From Deltaproteobacteria bacterium (lineage in GTDB: Bacteria > Myxococcota_A > Polyangia > JACPQR01): DNA of 64,000 bases. The position numbers and the translations under genes were made by a program. The notes beneath the pieces were generated by a model. That model did no database searches. It was not told the origin of the DNA and saw nothing but the letters and a program-made list of their open reading frames with translations. Location of the stretch: the NCBI GenBank assembly GCA_016190375.1, contig JACPQR010000184.1, positions 1,370 to 65,369 on the forward strand, in the 5' to 3' direction. Positions within the stretch are counted from its first letter, which is position 1; each line of letters opens with the position of its first letter. Shown in pieces: positions 19,140 to 32,554 of the stretch.

Positions 19140-21101
19140 TCACTCGACCAGGGACGCGACCAGAGCGCGAAGGGCCTGGGCGTCGAAGGGCTTCGGCAGC
19201 CGTATCACGTCCTCGCGATCGAGGAACTCGCGAGTCTGTGGCGTGAAGGCCCCGCCCGTCAGGAAGATCAGCCGGCGTACCACGTCGGGCGCGCGACCGC
19301 AGAGCTCCGCGTGAAGCTCGATCCCGCTCATCCCGGGCATGGACACGTCGCTCAGTACGACGTCGAAGTGCTTGCCGGCCAGGATCAGCTCGAGCGCCTC
19401 CGTGGCGCTGGTGAGCATCGTGACCTCGTGCGCGCCGCCGAGGATGCGCTGCACCGACCGACCGATCATCGGCTCATCGTCGACCACGAGGACGCTGCCG
19501 CGGCGAGCCGCGGCCCGGGGCGCTGCCTGGACGGCGTCCTCGATCGGAGCTCGTTCGGCGGCAGGGAGGATCACGCGGAAGACCGTGCCCGATCCCGGCT
19601 GGCTCTCGACGCCGATCTGTCCGCCCATCCGCCTGATGATCCCGTGGCAAACCGAGAGCCCGAGCCCCGTCCCCTCGCCGACCGGCTTGGTCGTGAAGAA
19701 GGGCTCGAAGATCCGTCCGAGGACCGCCGCCGGGATCCCGCAACCGGTGTCGCGGATCTCGACCACGGCCTCGCCGCCGGGACCGGTCTTCGTCACGATC
19801 CGGATCTCGTTCCTCTCGGGCTCCCCCTCGCGAATCGCCTGTGCGGCGTTGACCAGGAGGTTCAGGAAGACCTGGCCGAGGCGTGATTCGTCCCCGAGGA
19901 CCGGCGGAACGGCGCCGAAGTCGCGTGCGAGGTTCGCCCGGTGCCGCACCTCGTTGTGGACCATCCGGATGCTCACCTCGAGGACGCGGTGCAGGTCGAG
20001 CGGCTGGCGGCGCTCCTCGTCCGTGCGCGAGAAGGTCTTGAGCTCCCGGACGATGGTGCGGACACGATCGGCGCCGTGCATCGCCTCGTCGAGCGCCTCC
20101 TCGAGCTCTCGCATGTCCACGGTTCCGGGCGGCACCGCCGCTCTCAGGGTCGCCAGCGCATCGCGGACGAAATGGAGGTTCGCCAGGACGTATGCCAGCG
20201 GGTTGTTGATCTCGTGGGCGACCCCCGCGGCCAGCGCTCCGACCGAGGCCATGCGATCGGCCACGAGGAGCTTGGTCTGCATGCTCTTTCGTTCGCTGAT
20301 GTCCCTGACGGACGCGCAGTAGAGCTCTCGGCCGCCGAGCTCCAGGTGGCTCACCGTCAGCTCGACCGGGAAGACGCGGCCGTCCTTGGCGCGGTGCTGC
20401 GCCTCGTGGGATCCGGCGCTGGCGCGGGCATAGCACTCCTCGCGCTGCTCCGGCCACTTGTCGCGTGACAGCTCGGGCGCGATGTCGAAGATCGACATCG
20501 CCAGCAGCTCCTCGCGCTCGTAGCCGAGCGAGCGGCAGGCCGCCGCGTTCACATAGACGATCCGCCCGTCGGGCTCCATCCAGAGCGCGCCATCCGGTGT
20601 CTGCTCGATGTGAAGCTGCGCCAGGCGAAAATCGATCTCTGCTCGCTTGCGGTCCGAGATGTCGCGTATGAGGCAGAGGACCTCGTCGTCGCCCGAGCGG
20701 ACAATCCGGGCCTCTCGGTCGCGGGGCCGGCCCCCGACCGGGAGCTGATACTCGAACGACTGGACGCCTCCTTCGGTCGCGAGAGCTCGATCGATGGCGC
20801 ACAGGAAGAGGCTCGCCACGTCGACTGGCAAGACCTCCGAGAGCTTGCGGCCGACGAACACGGCGGGCGGCGCATACAGGTCGGGCTCTGGTGGCCCGCA
20901 GTAGTCGATGCAGGTCCCATTGCGGGCGATGCGGGCGACGAAGTCCGGGATCGCGGCGAGGAGGGCACGATGGCGCTCCTCGCTCCGGCGCGACGCGTCG
21001 AGGTCGGCGGCGTCGAGTCCCCCGCCGTCCTCGGAAGGTCCTTCCGCAATGCAGTCGTCCGCGAGGCCACGGCTGGTGCGCTCGGTCGGGTCGAGGCTCA
21101 T
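19140..21101 (-). CDS. PAS-PAS hybrid sensor histidine kinase with receiver domain
   Basis: HEINNPL, NLLVNA, DTGCG, FEPFFTTK, GTGLGL; REC VDDE...SDVSMPG. Confidence 0.92.
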   Translation of the reverse strand: MSLDPTERTSRGLADDCIAEGPSEDGGGLDAADLDASRRSEERHRALLAAIPDFVARIARNGTCIDYCGPPEPDLYAPPAVFVGRKLSEVLPVDVASLFLCAIDRALATEGGVQSFEYQLPVGGRPRDREARIVRSGDDEVLCLIRDISDRKRAEIDFRLAQLHIEQTPDGALWMEPDGRIVYVNAAACRSLGYEREELLAMSIFDIAPELSRDKWPEQREECYARASAGSHEAQHRAKDGRVFPVELTVSHLELGGRELYCASVRDISERKSMQTKLLVADRMASVGALAAGVAHEINNPLAYVLANLHFVRDALATLRAAVPPGTVDMRELEEALDEAMHGADRVRTIVRELKTFSRTDEERRQPLDLHRVLEVSIRMVHNEVRHRANLARDFGAVPPVLGDESRLGQVFLNLLVNAAQAIREGEPERNEIRIVTKTGPGGEAVVEIRDTGCGIPAAVLGRIFEPFFTTKPVGEGTGLGLSVCHGIIRRMGGQIGVESQPGSGTVFRVILPAAERAPIEDAVQAAPRAAARRGSVLVVDDEPMIGRSVQRILGGAHEVTMLTSATEALELILAGKHFDVVLSDVSMPGMSGIELHAELCGRAPDVVRRLIFLTGGAFTPQTREFLDREDVIRLPKPFDAQALRALVASLVE

Positions 21102-21267
21102 CGAGCTCGCCGGTAGTATCGCGTGCCAGCACGTGAGGCGGCAAGCTCCGCGAGCGACCTAGCGGCACTGGGCGATGTTCTCGATCGCGAGGTTCTCGAC
21201 TCGGTCGGTCCGCAGTACGCCACGCACCACGCCGGCGCGCGGTTCGCGCGAGGACGATCTCCGGCTC

Positions 21268-24356
<3,089 letters not shown>

Positions 24357-24357
<1 letters not shown>

Positions 24358-25910
24358 CAGTGAACGTGCCCGTGGGCTGGAACGGTGCCGGCCCGACCCG
24401 CGAGCCGGACGAGATTCGCCCCGATGGTCACGATGCGCTCCTCCGCGCGCAGACCGTCGAGCACGGCGACCCGCCCGCCCGAGGTGGGGCCGATCCGGAC
24501 GATCCGCTCCTCGAACGCCTCACCCTCGGCCTGCAGGTACACCACGGGCCGGCCGTCGTCGTCGACGAGCGCTCCGCTGGGGATCACCACGCCGCGCCAC
24601 GGCTCGCCCGCGGGGAGCTGTACCTGCACCGCACCTCCGATGCGCAGGCGCGGATCGGGAGCGTGCAGCGCGTAGACGACCGGGACCGTCCGCGACTCCG
24701 GATCGACCACCCGCCCGATGGTGACCACCTCGCCCGTGGCGTCGGGAGGAGTCACGTCGAGGGGCAACCATTCGTCGATGCCGAGGATCCGGTAGCTCGG
24801 GTCACGACTGGGGTCGACCCGTGCGGCCTCGACCTCGGGCACCCGGGCGGTGATCCACATCACCCGCGGGTCGACGACGCGCAGAAGGATGTCCCCGGCG
24901 GCGACCGACTGGCCGGGGCGCGCGCTGACCTCGATCACGACGCCGTCGATCGGAGCGGTGATCCGGACGCTGCCGGCTCCGGTCCCGGAGGCGACGCCAC
25001 TGAAGATGGCCTGCGACCGCCGAGCCGCTGCGGCCGCGGCCCGGCCGACCTCGACCTCGCGCCGTGCCGCCTCGACCTCGCGCTGCGAGATGGCCCGGTC
25101 GGCGAAGAGCCGCTCGGCGCGCTCGAGCGCGGTCTGCGCGGCCGCGACCCGCGCCTCGGCCTCCGCCACCGCGAGCCCGACCGTCGCGCTCGCTTCCGGC
25201 GAGGAGGGCGCGGGCGCCACCGTGACGAGGATCGCGCCACGCCGCACCTCGGTGCCACGCTCCGGCAGCCCCTCCGGCGGCGCGACCACGCGGCCAGCCA
25301 CGGGCGCGCCGATGTCCGCGGCGCCGCCCGGCGGCGTCCCGACCGAGCCCGGAACCTCGACCGTGGGGGTCACTTCCCCCTCGGCCGCGAAGGCCGTCCC
25401 GAAGGGCACCCGCCACTGCTGCTCCTTCAGGAAGGTGATCCGGCCGGGTGGGTCCTCCCCGCCGGGATGCGCTCGGTGCGCCGCTGCGGCGTCCGGGTAC
25501 ACGTCCATCTCGAACGGACCGATGACGTCTTGCGAGCCGTCGACCTGCACGACGAGTCGGCCGCGATAGGACCCGGCCGCGCGCGGGGTGAACGCGAGCT
25601 TGAAGATGCCGGGCCGCAGCACGTGGTCGATCGACGCGCGGATCGGCGCGGGTCCTTCGAGCTCGAGCGCGACGGTTCCTCGCTCCAGTGCGCGGAACCC
25701 GTCGAGGGTGGTCAGATGTGCCGTGAAGCTCGCCTCGCGGCCGGCCACGGGCGCCGGATGCTCGGCGAACAGCTCGTAGCGCTCCGACCACTTCGTGATC
25801 CCGATCGCGACCTCCGGAGCTTCGCTCTCGTGGCCCTCTGCCTCGGGCGCGCTCCCAGCCCCACAGCCGGGAGCTAGCAGCAGGACAATGACACTCCACC
25901 TCGTCTTCAC
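24357..25910 (-). CDS. RND periplasmic adaptor (CzcB-like) lipoprotein
   Basis: Lipobox APGC, ITFLKEQQW, APIDGVV, C-terminal AHGHVH. Confidence 0.88.
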
Positions 25911-27172
25911 GGCAGCTCTCCCGTCGCGATCCGCAAGGCGACCTCGGCACGCTTGGCCTCGAGGGCGAGATCCAGCTTTCGCTCCTCGACCTCGGCGAGC
26001 GCGGCCTGCGCGTCGACGAGCTCGAGCAGCGTACGTTCCCCCTCGCGGTATCCGGCGGTCGTGGCGCGGGCCAGCGCCTCGACGTGCGGCGCCACCGCGG
26101 CCTCGAGCCGCGCGAGCTCGGCACGCGCCGCCACCAGTTGCTCGTCCGCGATCCGCACCTCACCAGAGATGCGGGCACGCAGCCCCTCCAGGCGCACCCG
26201 TGCCGCGCCGGCGGCGGCCTCCGACTCTCCTCGTACGTCCTGGCCGCGGGAGAAGACGGGCAGCTCCAGCTCGACGCCCGCGATGAATCCGTTCTCGTCC
26301 ACATTGCCGGCTCGCTCGGCGTTCCAGCCGCCGAGCACGGTCACCACCGGCAGCCAGGCGGAGGCGGCCGAGTCGGTCGCCGCGGAGGCGAGGCGCCGCG
26401 TGCGAGCGGCCTCACGGACCTCGCGGCGCGTGCGGAGCGCTCTGTCGACCGTGCGCGCCCGGTCCGTGGGCGCCGCCGTGGCGAGGTCTCCGGTGACGGC
26501 CGGGGGCGCGCCCGTGCTCGGATCCACGATCGCACCGAGTCGCGCGCGTGCGACGCGCTCGCGGGTGCGCACCTCCGCCGCTCGGCTCCGCGCCATCTCA
26601 GCCGCGATCGCCAGGCGTGCGCGCTCGTAGCCCGACACCGTGCCCTCTGCCTCGCGGCGAGCCATCACGCGATCCGCCTCGACGAGGGTCGCCTCCGCCC
26701 GCTCCGCGATCTGCACCCGCCGCCCGGCGGCGACGGCCTCCCAGAACGCGTCGAGCGCGGCCGCGACCGCCTCGCGCTGGACGGCGGCCGCCTCGAGCGC
26801 GACCGTGGACGCGTCGACGCGGGCGAGCGAGCGACGCGCACCGCGGCGCCCGGAGAGATCCAGCGGGACCCGCAGCGTGACGACGTCGTGGGCGCGCGCC
26901 GGATCGCCGAGGAGCTGCTCACGCTGGTACCCGATCGCCGGGTTGTCGGCGAGACCGGCGCCCGCGGCGGCAGCTTCGGCGCGCACCACGGACGCTTGGG
27001 CCGCGAGCACGTCGGGAGCGCGGGCGAGCGCACGCCGGACGACGTCGCCTTCGGACCATGCGGGCTGGGCATGTCCCGGCGCCGGGAACACCAGCATCAC
27101 GGCCATCCCCACGAGCAGGAAAATCCGACGGCTCATCGGAACACGCGGCAGGCGGTTCGGCGAAGGGTCCAT
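25907..27172 (-). CDS. TolC/CzcC family outer-membrane efflux protein
   Basis: Signal peptide, LELPVFSRGQ, GYREGERTLLELVDAQ; start 27172 or 27136. Confidence 0.85.
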   Translation of the reverse strand: MDPSPNRLPRVPMSRRIFLLVGMAVMLVFPAPGHAQPAWSEGDVVRRALARAPDVLAAQASVVRAEAAAAGAGLADNPAIGYQREQLLGDPARAHDVVTLRVPLDLSGRRGARRSLARVDASTVALEAAAVQREAVAAALDAFWEAVAAGRRVQIAERAEATLVEADRVMARREAEGTVSGYERARLAIAAEMARSRAAEVRTRERVARARLGAIVDPSTGAPPAVTGDLATAAPTDRARTVDRALRTRREVREAARTRRLASAATDSAASAWLPVVTVLGGWNAERAGNVDENGFIAGVELELPVFSRGQDVRGESEAAAGAARVRLEGLRARISGEVRIADEQLVAARAELARLEAAVAPHVEALARATTAGYREGERTLLELVDAQAALAEVEERKLDLALEAKRAEVALRIATGELP

Positions 27173-27185
27173 GGCGGTCGATCGC

Positions 27186-28121
27186 TCAGCGGCCCGCGAG
27201 GACGCCGAGCGCCGTCTCGATCGCGTGGTGGACGGGGTCGGCGGCAGCGAGGGCCGTCGCGCACGCGAGCGCGAGGAGCGCCGCGAGCGTCCGCGTGCGC
27301 GCGACATCGACTCGGGGAGGTGTCAGGAGCGCGGCGACCCGAGCGTCGGGCGTCGGCCCCTCGAACAGAGCCGCACAGACCGGGGCGGTGCGAAGGCGCA
27401 CGACCGCGAGGATTGCTTCCGCGACGCGCAGTCGATCCCCGAGGGCCCGAGCCGCCGCCTCGTCGGCCGCGTGCTCCTGCGCGGCAGCGAGCTCACGAGC
27501 GATTCGCCGGTCGATCCCGGGGAGGTGAAACGCGAGCGCGACCTTGGCCAGCGAGCGGACCAGGGGATCGCGGGTCGCGACGTGGGCGAGCTCGTGCGCG
27601 GTCACCGCGGCGAGATGTTCGGCCGGAATCCCGTCCGAGACGTAGGCGCGCGGGCGAACGAGACCGAGCGTGAACGCCACGGCCTCCGGCGAATGGATCG
27701 CGACCACCGGTCGATGAGAGTCGCCCATCTGGAGCAAGGCCTCGCCTCGTCGCGCCGCGACGATGCCCGTGGCGAACGACCACAGCGCGAGCGCGAGGCG
27801 AGCGAGCGGCCAGGCCGCGGCGATCCAGAGGACGGCGGGGGGGGCGTGCGCATGGACCGGGCAGAGGTGCGGATGATGTCCCCCGTGACCGACGCAGTGA
27901 TCCAGGCCCACGAGCCACGGCACCATCGCCGCACCGACGAACAACAGACCGGCCACGAGGGGGCTCGCGGCGAGCATCAAGGACAACCGCACACGTGCCG
28001 TCGGCGCCAGCCCCGCGGCCGACCGCGCGAGCAGCGGCACGGCGCATCCGCCGAAGGCAGAGACCGCGACCGTTGCAAGGCTGAACGCCGCGAGCGCGAG
28101 CACCATGAACGAGGCGTTCAT
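27186..28121 (-). CDS. BlaR1-like M56/M48 zinc metallopeptidase with His/Cys-rich loop
   Basis: AFTLGLVRPR, HELAH, QEHAADE; DHCVGHGGHHPHLCPVHAH; ATGA overlap with blaI-like gene. Confidence 0.85.
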   Translation of the reverse strand: MNASFMVLALAAFSLATVAVSAFGGCAVPLLARSAAGLAPTARVRLSLMLAASPLVAGLLFVGAAMVPWLVGLDHCVGHGGHHPHLCPVHAHAPPAVLWIAAAWPLARLALALWSFATGIVAARRGEALLQMGDSHRPVVAIHSPEAVAFTLGLVRPRAYVSDGIPAEHLAAVTAHELAHVATRDPLVRSLAKVALAFHLPGIDRRIARELAAAQEHAADEAAARALGDRLRVAEAILAVVRLRTAPVCAALFEGPTPDARVAALLTPPRVDVARTRTLAALLALACATALAAADPVHHAIETALGVLAGR

Positions 28122-28528
28122 CGGGAGTCCTTGCGCGAACGGGCGCCGCGCCGCGCCGCGACGATCTCCTCGAGGCGCTCCAGCGCGCGGGAGTCTTGCG
28201 ACGCGATCAGGTCCACGAAGGCAGTGAGGACCCCGCGTTGCTGGAGCTCGCGCATGCCGCCGCCCGCCTCCAGCAGGCGGCGGGCGAAGTAGGCGTCGCG
28301 GTCCATCGCAGCCCTGTAGTGATAGGCGTGCGAGACCTTCCACCGCATGACCAGGCCCTTGCGGTGCAGCCGTTCCAGGGCCGACCCGACCGTGTTGACC
28401 GTGATGTGGCGGGGGGCGCCAACCTTCGCGTGGGTCTCGAGGACGTCCGCCTGACCGGCGGACCACAGGTGCTCGAGCACCGCCTCCTCCAGGTCGCCCA
28501 GGATCGGCATCACCTCGGGTCGCGTCAT
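28118..28528 (-). CDS. BlaI/MecI/CopY family repressor
   Basis: LGDLEEAVLEHLW...NTVGSALERLHRKGLV...AYHY. Confidence 0.9.
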   Translation of the reverse strand: MTRPEVMPILGDLEEAVLEHLWSAGQADVLETHAKVGAPRHITVNTVGSALERLHRKGLVMRWKVSHAYHYRAAMDRDAYFARRLLEAGGGMRELQQRGVLTAFVDLIASQDSRALERLEEIVAARRGARSRKDSR

Positions 28529-28536
28529 CGGGGCGT

Positions 28537-28572
28537 AGAATGGTCGGCCAAATTCCGACTGTCAATCGGAAT
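28537..28572 (-). promoter_or_regulatory. Promoter and palindromic operator of the blaI-like operon
   Basis: TTGACA (28565-28560)-17 bp-CATTCT (28542-28537); inverted repeat ATTCCGA-N7-TCGGAAT (28552-28572) straddles the -35. Confidence 0.65.
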
Positions 28573-28838
28573 CTTCCTCCGGGGCGCTTCTCGCCGTGCC
28601 CTCGCGGCGGCGAATGCCCGCGCGAACGGCGTCGCGGCCGCGAGAGTCAGGGCGGAAGGCGTGCCCTCTGCGGTGACGCGACCCGATTCGAGCAGCACGA
28701 CGCTTCGAGCGGTCGTTCCGGATGAAGCTGTCGGGCGAGCTCTGGGACTTCAGCGACTTCGAGGGCGAGGTCTCCCTGCATCTCGGGGTCGTCGGCGCCT
28801 TCTCAGCCTCACCCCCGGCGCGCCGCGATCCCCGCGTG

Positions 28839-29423
28839 CTAGACGGCCGCGAGCTGGCGTGCCAGCTCCTCGCCGGACGGCGGCGCGAACCCGGTCGGCG
28901 CTCGGAGGCCGATGACGCGGCGGCCAACCTGTGGGGCGAGCCCGAGCGCCATCGTCGCGATCGTGATCACGATCGGGTCATGGCGATCCGACACCTGCCC
29001 CGAGGCGAGGCCGTCCGCGACGGCGGCGAGCACCAGCGGAAGATGGCCACGCGCAACACGTTCGATGATGCGGTCCATGCGCTTGGAGGACAGGAGGAGC
29101 TCGCGAACGACGATCCGCACCGCGGTGACCTCGTCCTCGCTCATCAACGCCAGCCTGGCGTACATGCGGTGGAGGCGCTCCTCGAAGGAAGCCCCAGGAG
29201 CGAGCGCCTTCGCCAGGTCGGCGACCAGGCGCGAGTAGGTCTCTTCCACCACGGCGAAGAACAGGTCGTCCTTGGTCGGGAAGTAGTAGTAGACCATCCC
29301 GATGCTCGTCCCGGCGTCGCTGGCGATCCTGCGCAGCGAGGCACCGTCCACGCCGTGCTCGAGGAAGCGGCGCCTCGCGGCCTGGACGATGCGCGGTGCG
29401 ATGTCGCTTCGCGGTCGGGCCAC
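28839..29423 (-). CDS. TetR/AcrR family regulator
   Basis: ARRRFLEHGVDGASLRRIASDAGTSIGMVYYYFPTKDDL. Confidence 0.9.
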   Translation of the reverse strand: MARPRSDIAPRIVQAARRRFLEHGVDGASLRRIASDAGTSIGMVYYYFPTKDDLFFAVVEETYSRLVADLAKALAPGASFEERLHRMYARLALMSEDEVTAVRIVVRELLLSSKRMDRIIERVARGHLPLVLAAVADGLASGQVSDRHDPIVITIATMALGLAPQVGRRVIGLRAPTGFAPPSGEELARQLAAV

Positions 29424-29425
29424 GG

Positions 29426-30565
29426 TCACACCAGCTTCTTCCGGAAGCGCAGGGAGGCGAGCGTCACGAGGGCGACGAAGATCGCTCCCATCCAGACGAG
29501 CTCGCTGGCGACGTCGGCGAAGCTCGATCCCTTGAGCGTGATGCCCCGGACGATCCGGAGGAAGTGAGTCAGGGGGAGCGCCTGTGCCAGCCATCGGGCG
29601 GGCTCCGGCATGGCCTCATAGGGAAACATGAAGCCGCTCAGGAGGATGTTCGGGAGCAGGAAGAAGAAGGACATCTGCATCGCCTGCTGCTGTGTCTTCG
29701 CCAGCGTCGAGAAGAAGAGCCCGAGGGCGAGGTTCGCGGCGATGAAGAGGAGCGCCAGGACGTAGAGGAGCGCGATCGAACCGACGAGCGGCACGTCGAA
29801 GACGAGCTTGCCCACCGCGAGGACCAGGGTCATCTGGACGTAGCCGATCGCGACGTACGGGAAGATCTTGCCGAGGACGAGCTCGACCCTGCGGACCGGC
29901 GAGACGATGAGCTGCTCGAGCGTCCCGCGCTCCCGTTCGCGGGCCAGAGCCATCGACGTCAGCGCCACCATGGTCATCGTCAGGATGACGCCGACCAGGC
30001 CGGGGACGACGTACGTCGCCGTCCTCAAGTCCTGGTTGTACCAGGTGGTGGGCTCGACCTCGAGCGGCATGGGAACCGGCTGGCCACCGGACTCGACCAT
30101 GCGCGCGACCAGGAGCTCCGAGGATCGCGCGGCCGCGAGCGACACGGCCGTGTTCGTCGCGCTGGCGACGGTCTGCGGATCGGACCCGTCGACGACGAGC
30201 TGGATCCGCGCGGTGCGACCGCGCGAGAGGTCCGACGAGTAGCGAGGAGGGACGACCAGCGCGACCCTCGCGGCGCCGGAGCGGAGCGCCCGCGAGATCT
30301 CGTCATAGCTCTCGACCTCGCCGACGAGCCGATAGAAGCCCGTTGCCTCCATGCTCCGGGCGAAGTCGCGGGATGCTCGCGATCGGTCGTGGTCGAGGAC
30401 GATCGTCGGAATGTGTCGGACGTCCGTGTTGATGGCGTACCCGAACAGGAGGAGCTGCATGACCGGAAGGCCCGCCATCATGGCGAGCGTGAGGCGGTCG
30501 CGGCGGAGCTGCAGCAGCTCCTTCCGCGCGATCGACGCGAACCGACCGGCGCTGAGCCCCCTCAC
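29426..30565 (-). CDS. ABC-2 type transporter permease
   Basis: KELLQLRRD, ARERERGTLEQLIVSP, LLSGFMFP. Confidence 0.92.
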   Translation of the reverse strand: MRGLSAGRFASIARKELLQLRRDRLTLAMMAGLPVMQLLLFGYAINTDVRHIPTIVLDHDRSRASRDFARSMEATGFYRLVGEVESYDEISRALRSGAARVALVVPPRYSSDLSRGRTARIQLVVDGSDPQTVASATNTAVSLAAARSSELLVARMVESGGQPVPMPLEVEPTTWYNQDLRTATYVVPGLVGVILTMTMVALTSMALARERERGTLEQLIVSPVRRVELVLGKIFPYVAIGYVQMTLVLAVGKLVFDVPLVGSIALLYVLALLFIAANLALGLFFSTLAKTQQQAMQMSFFFLLPNILLSGFMFPYEAMPEPARWLAQALPLTHFLRIVRGITLKGSSFADVASELVWMGAIFVALVTLASLRFRKKLV

Positions 30566-31500
30566 GACGCACGCTCCTGCGAGCGCACGACGGACACGAA
30601 GGCGTCCTCCACGGTCGTGCGGGTCGACCTCGACTCGAGAACGCGCACCCCGCGTGGGCCCAGGACCTCCAGCGCCAGCGCTTCGGGATCGGCTCCGCCC
30701 CGCGCGGCCACGCGAAGGTCGTTGCCGAAGTGAGCCACCTCGTCGACGCCGGGGTGCTCGCGCAACGCAAGTGCGGCGTCCAGCGGTCGGTCGACTCGAA
30801 CCTCGGCCACGCGCAGGCCCCGGCGCGAGACGACCTGTGCGGGCGTGCCGACGTCGAGGAGCGATCCTCCGAAGATGAACGCGATCCTGTGGCACCGCTC
30901 GGCCTCGTCCATGTAGTGCGTCGTCACGAGGACCGTCGTGCCGCCGCTGGAGATCCGGTGGATCTGGTCCCAGAACTCGCGACGGCTCACGGGGTCGACG
31001 CCCGCGGTCGGCTCGTCGAGGAACAAGAGCGGAGGCTGGTGGATGGTCGCGCACGCGAGCGCCACGCGCTGCTTCCACCCGCCGGAGAGGGTTCCCGCGA
31101 TCTGGCGGCGTCGCGCGTCGAGCCCGGTCGTCCTGGCTACCTCGTCGATGCGCGTACGCCGCGCGCGCCGTCCGATGCCGTAGATCCCCGAATAGAACGC
31201 GAGATTCTCCTCGACGGTCAGGTCCTCGTAGAGGCTGAAGCGCTGGGTCATGTACCCGATGCGCTCCTTGATCCTCTCCGGCTCGCGCTGGATGTCGTAA
31301 CCGACGACCGTTCCCCGTCCGCCCGACGGATCGAGGATCCCGCAGAGCATCCTGATGGTCGTGCTCTTGCCGGCGCCGTTCGGGCCGAGCACGCCGAAGA
31401 TCTCGCCGCGCTCGACGTCGAGTGACACGTCACGTACGGCGACGAGCTCGCCGAACCGGCGGGAGAGATGCTCGGTGTGGACGACGACCTCGGAGGTCAT
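30562..31500 (-). CDS. ABC transporter ATP-binding protein
   Basis: GPNGAGKST, LSGGWKQR, LDEPT, TTHYMDEAE. Confidence 0.95.
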   Translation of the reverse strand: MTSEVVVHTEHLSRRFGELVAVRDVSLDVERGEIFGVLGPNGAGKSTTIRMLCGILDPSGGRGTVVGYDIQREPERIKERIGYMTQRFSLYEDLTVEENLAFYSGIYGIGRRARRTRIDEVARTTGLDARRRQIAGTLSGGWKQRVALACATIHQPPLLFLDEPTAGVDPVSRREFWDQIHRISSGGTTVLVTTHYMDEAERCHRIAFIFGGSLLDVGTPAQVVSRRGLRVAEVRVDRPLDAALALREHPGVDEVAHFGNDLRVAARGGADPEALALEVLGPRGVRVLESRSTRTTVEDAFVSVVRSQERAS

Positions 31501-32471
31501 TCGCGCACCAGCGTGACGAAGGCCGGAACGCCGGCGCGCAAGAGCTCGCGCGGGTCTTCGACACGGACCCGCACGCGGACCACGATGTTCGGTCGCTCTC
31601 GCTCGCTGAAGAGGAACCGCGGCGTGAACTCGGTCCTCTGGCTGACGTTCTCGACGCGACCACCCAGAGCCCGCGGGAACGAGTCGACGCGGATCCGCGC
31701 CGCCGCGCCGACGCGAACGCCACCGACGTTCTGCTGGGGCACGAACACGTCGACGAACGGGTGGGCGGCATCGGCGATCGTCACGACCGGCGCGCCGGGA
31801 GCGACGACCTCACCTTCCCTGAAGTGGACGTCGAGGACGGTGCCTCCGACCGGGGCGGCGAGGACGTACCTGGAGAGGCGCGTGTCGATCGCGGCGACCG
31901 CCGCGGTCGCGGCTAGGACGCGCTCCTCGGCGGCCGAGACCTCCTCCGATCGAGCGCCTCGCCGAACCAGAGCCAGCTTCTGCTCGACTGCCTGCCTCTG
32001 GGCCTGGGCTCGGCCGAGCTCGCGCTCGAGATCCTCGACCTGCGCGGATGGAGCCACGCCGCGCGCGGTCAGCTCGCGCTGCCGCTCCAGCCTCTGCGTC
32101 AGGAGCTCCTCGGCCGCCTGCGCAGCCCGCAGCTCCGCGGCCGTTCCCCGGACCTCCTCGCCTCGCGCGCCCGCGCGCACGATCGCGAGCTGCGCCTGAG
32201 CCGCGCGCTGCTCGGCCGCGCGAGCCTCGCGCACGGGACGCTCCAGCCCGTCGTCGATCCTTCCGATCGGCGCGCCGGGCTCGACTCTCGAACCCCGGTC
32301 CACGTGAAGCTCGACCAGCCTCCCGCCGACCTCGAAGCCTATCGATCGCTCGTCGAGCTCGACGACGCCCTGAAAGGCCTCGGGCTCCTCGACCCGTGAC
32401 CAGCCGTCGCATGCGGCCCCGACGATCGCCGCGGCGAACGCCGCGAGCGCTATCAGGGAATTCTTTATCAT
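31497..32471 (-). CDS. HlyD family periplasmic adaptor
   Basis: Coiled-coil hairpin, APVGGTV, EFTPR. Confidence 0.88.
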   Translation of the reverse strand: MIKNSLIALAAFAAAIVGAACDGWSRVEEPEAFQGVVELDERSIGFEVGGRLVELHVDRGSRVEPGAPIGRIDDGLERPVREARAAEQRAAQAQLAIVRAGARGEEVRGTAAELRAAQAAEELLTQRLERQRELTARGVAPSAQVEDLERELGRAQAQRQAVEQKLALVRRGARSEEVSAAEERVLAATAAVAAIDTRLSRYVLAAPVGGTVLDVHFREGEVVAPGAPVVTIADAAHPFVDVFVPQQNVGGVRVGAAARIRVDSFPRALGGRVENVSQRTEFTPRFLFSERERPNIVVRVRVRVEDPRELLRAGVPAFVTLVRE

Positions 32472-32507
32472 GCGACTGATAATAGAATCGCCAGACCCGC
32501 CCTGCAA
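32465..32507 (-). promoter_or_regulatory. Leaderless promoter and putative TetR operator of the hlyD-ABC-tetR operon
   Basis: TTGCAG-17 bp-TATTAT, 7 nt before ATG 32471; inverted repeat TTATCA-N6-TGATAA (32465-32482) over the -10 and start codon. Confidence 0.6.
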
Positions 32508-32554
32508 CGTTTTTCGCCTCGGAGCCGCCCAAGAGGTGTCGAATAGGCTCCGAA

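Noticed and set aside
21158-21265. Short minus-strand ORF ending ...VENLAIENIAQCR*
   Set aside because: Too short, no convincing start or motif.
28839-28841. TAG as a pyrrolysine or recoded codon
   Set aside because: TAG is a normal stop for many genes here and no pyl machinery is visible.
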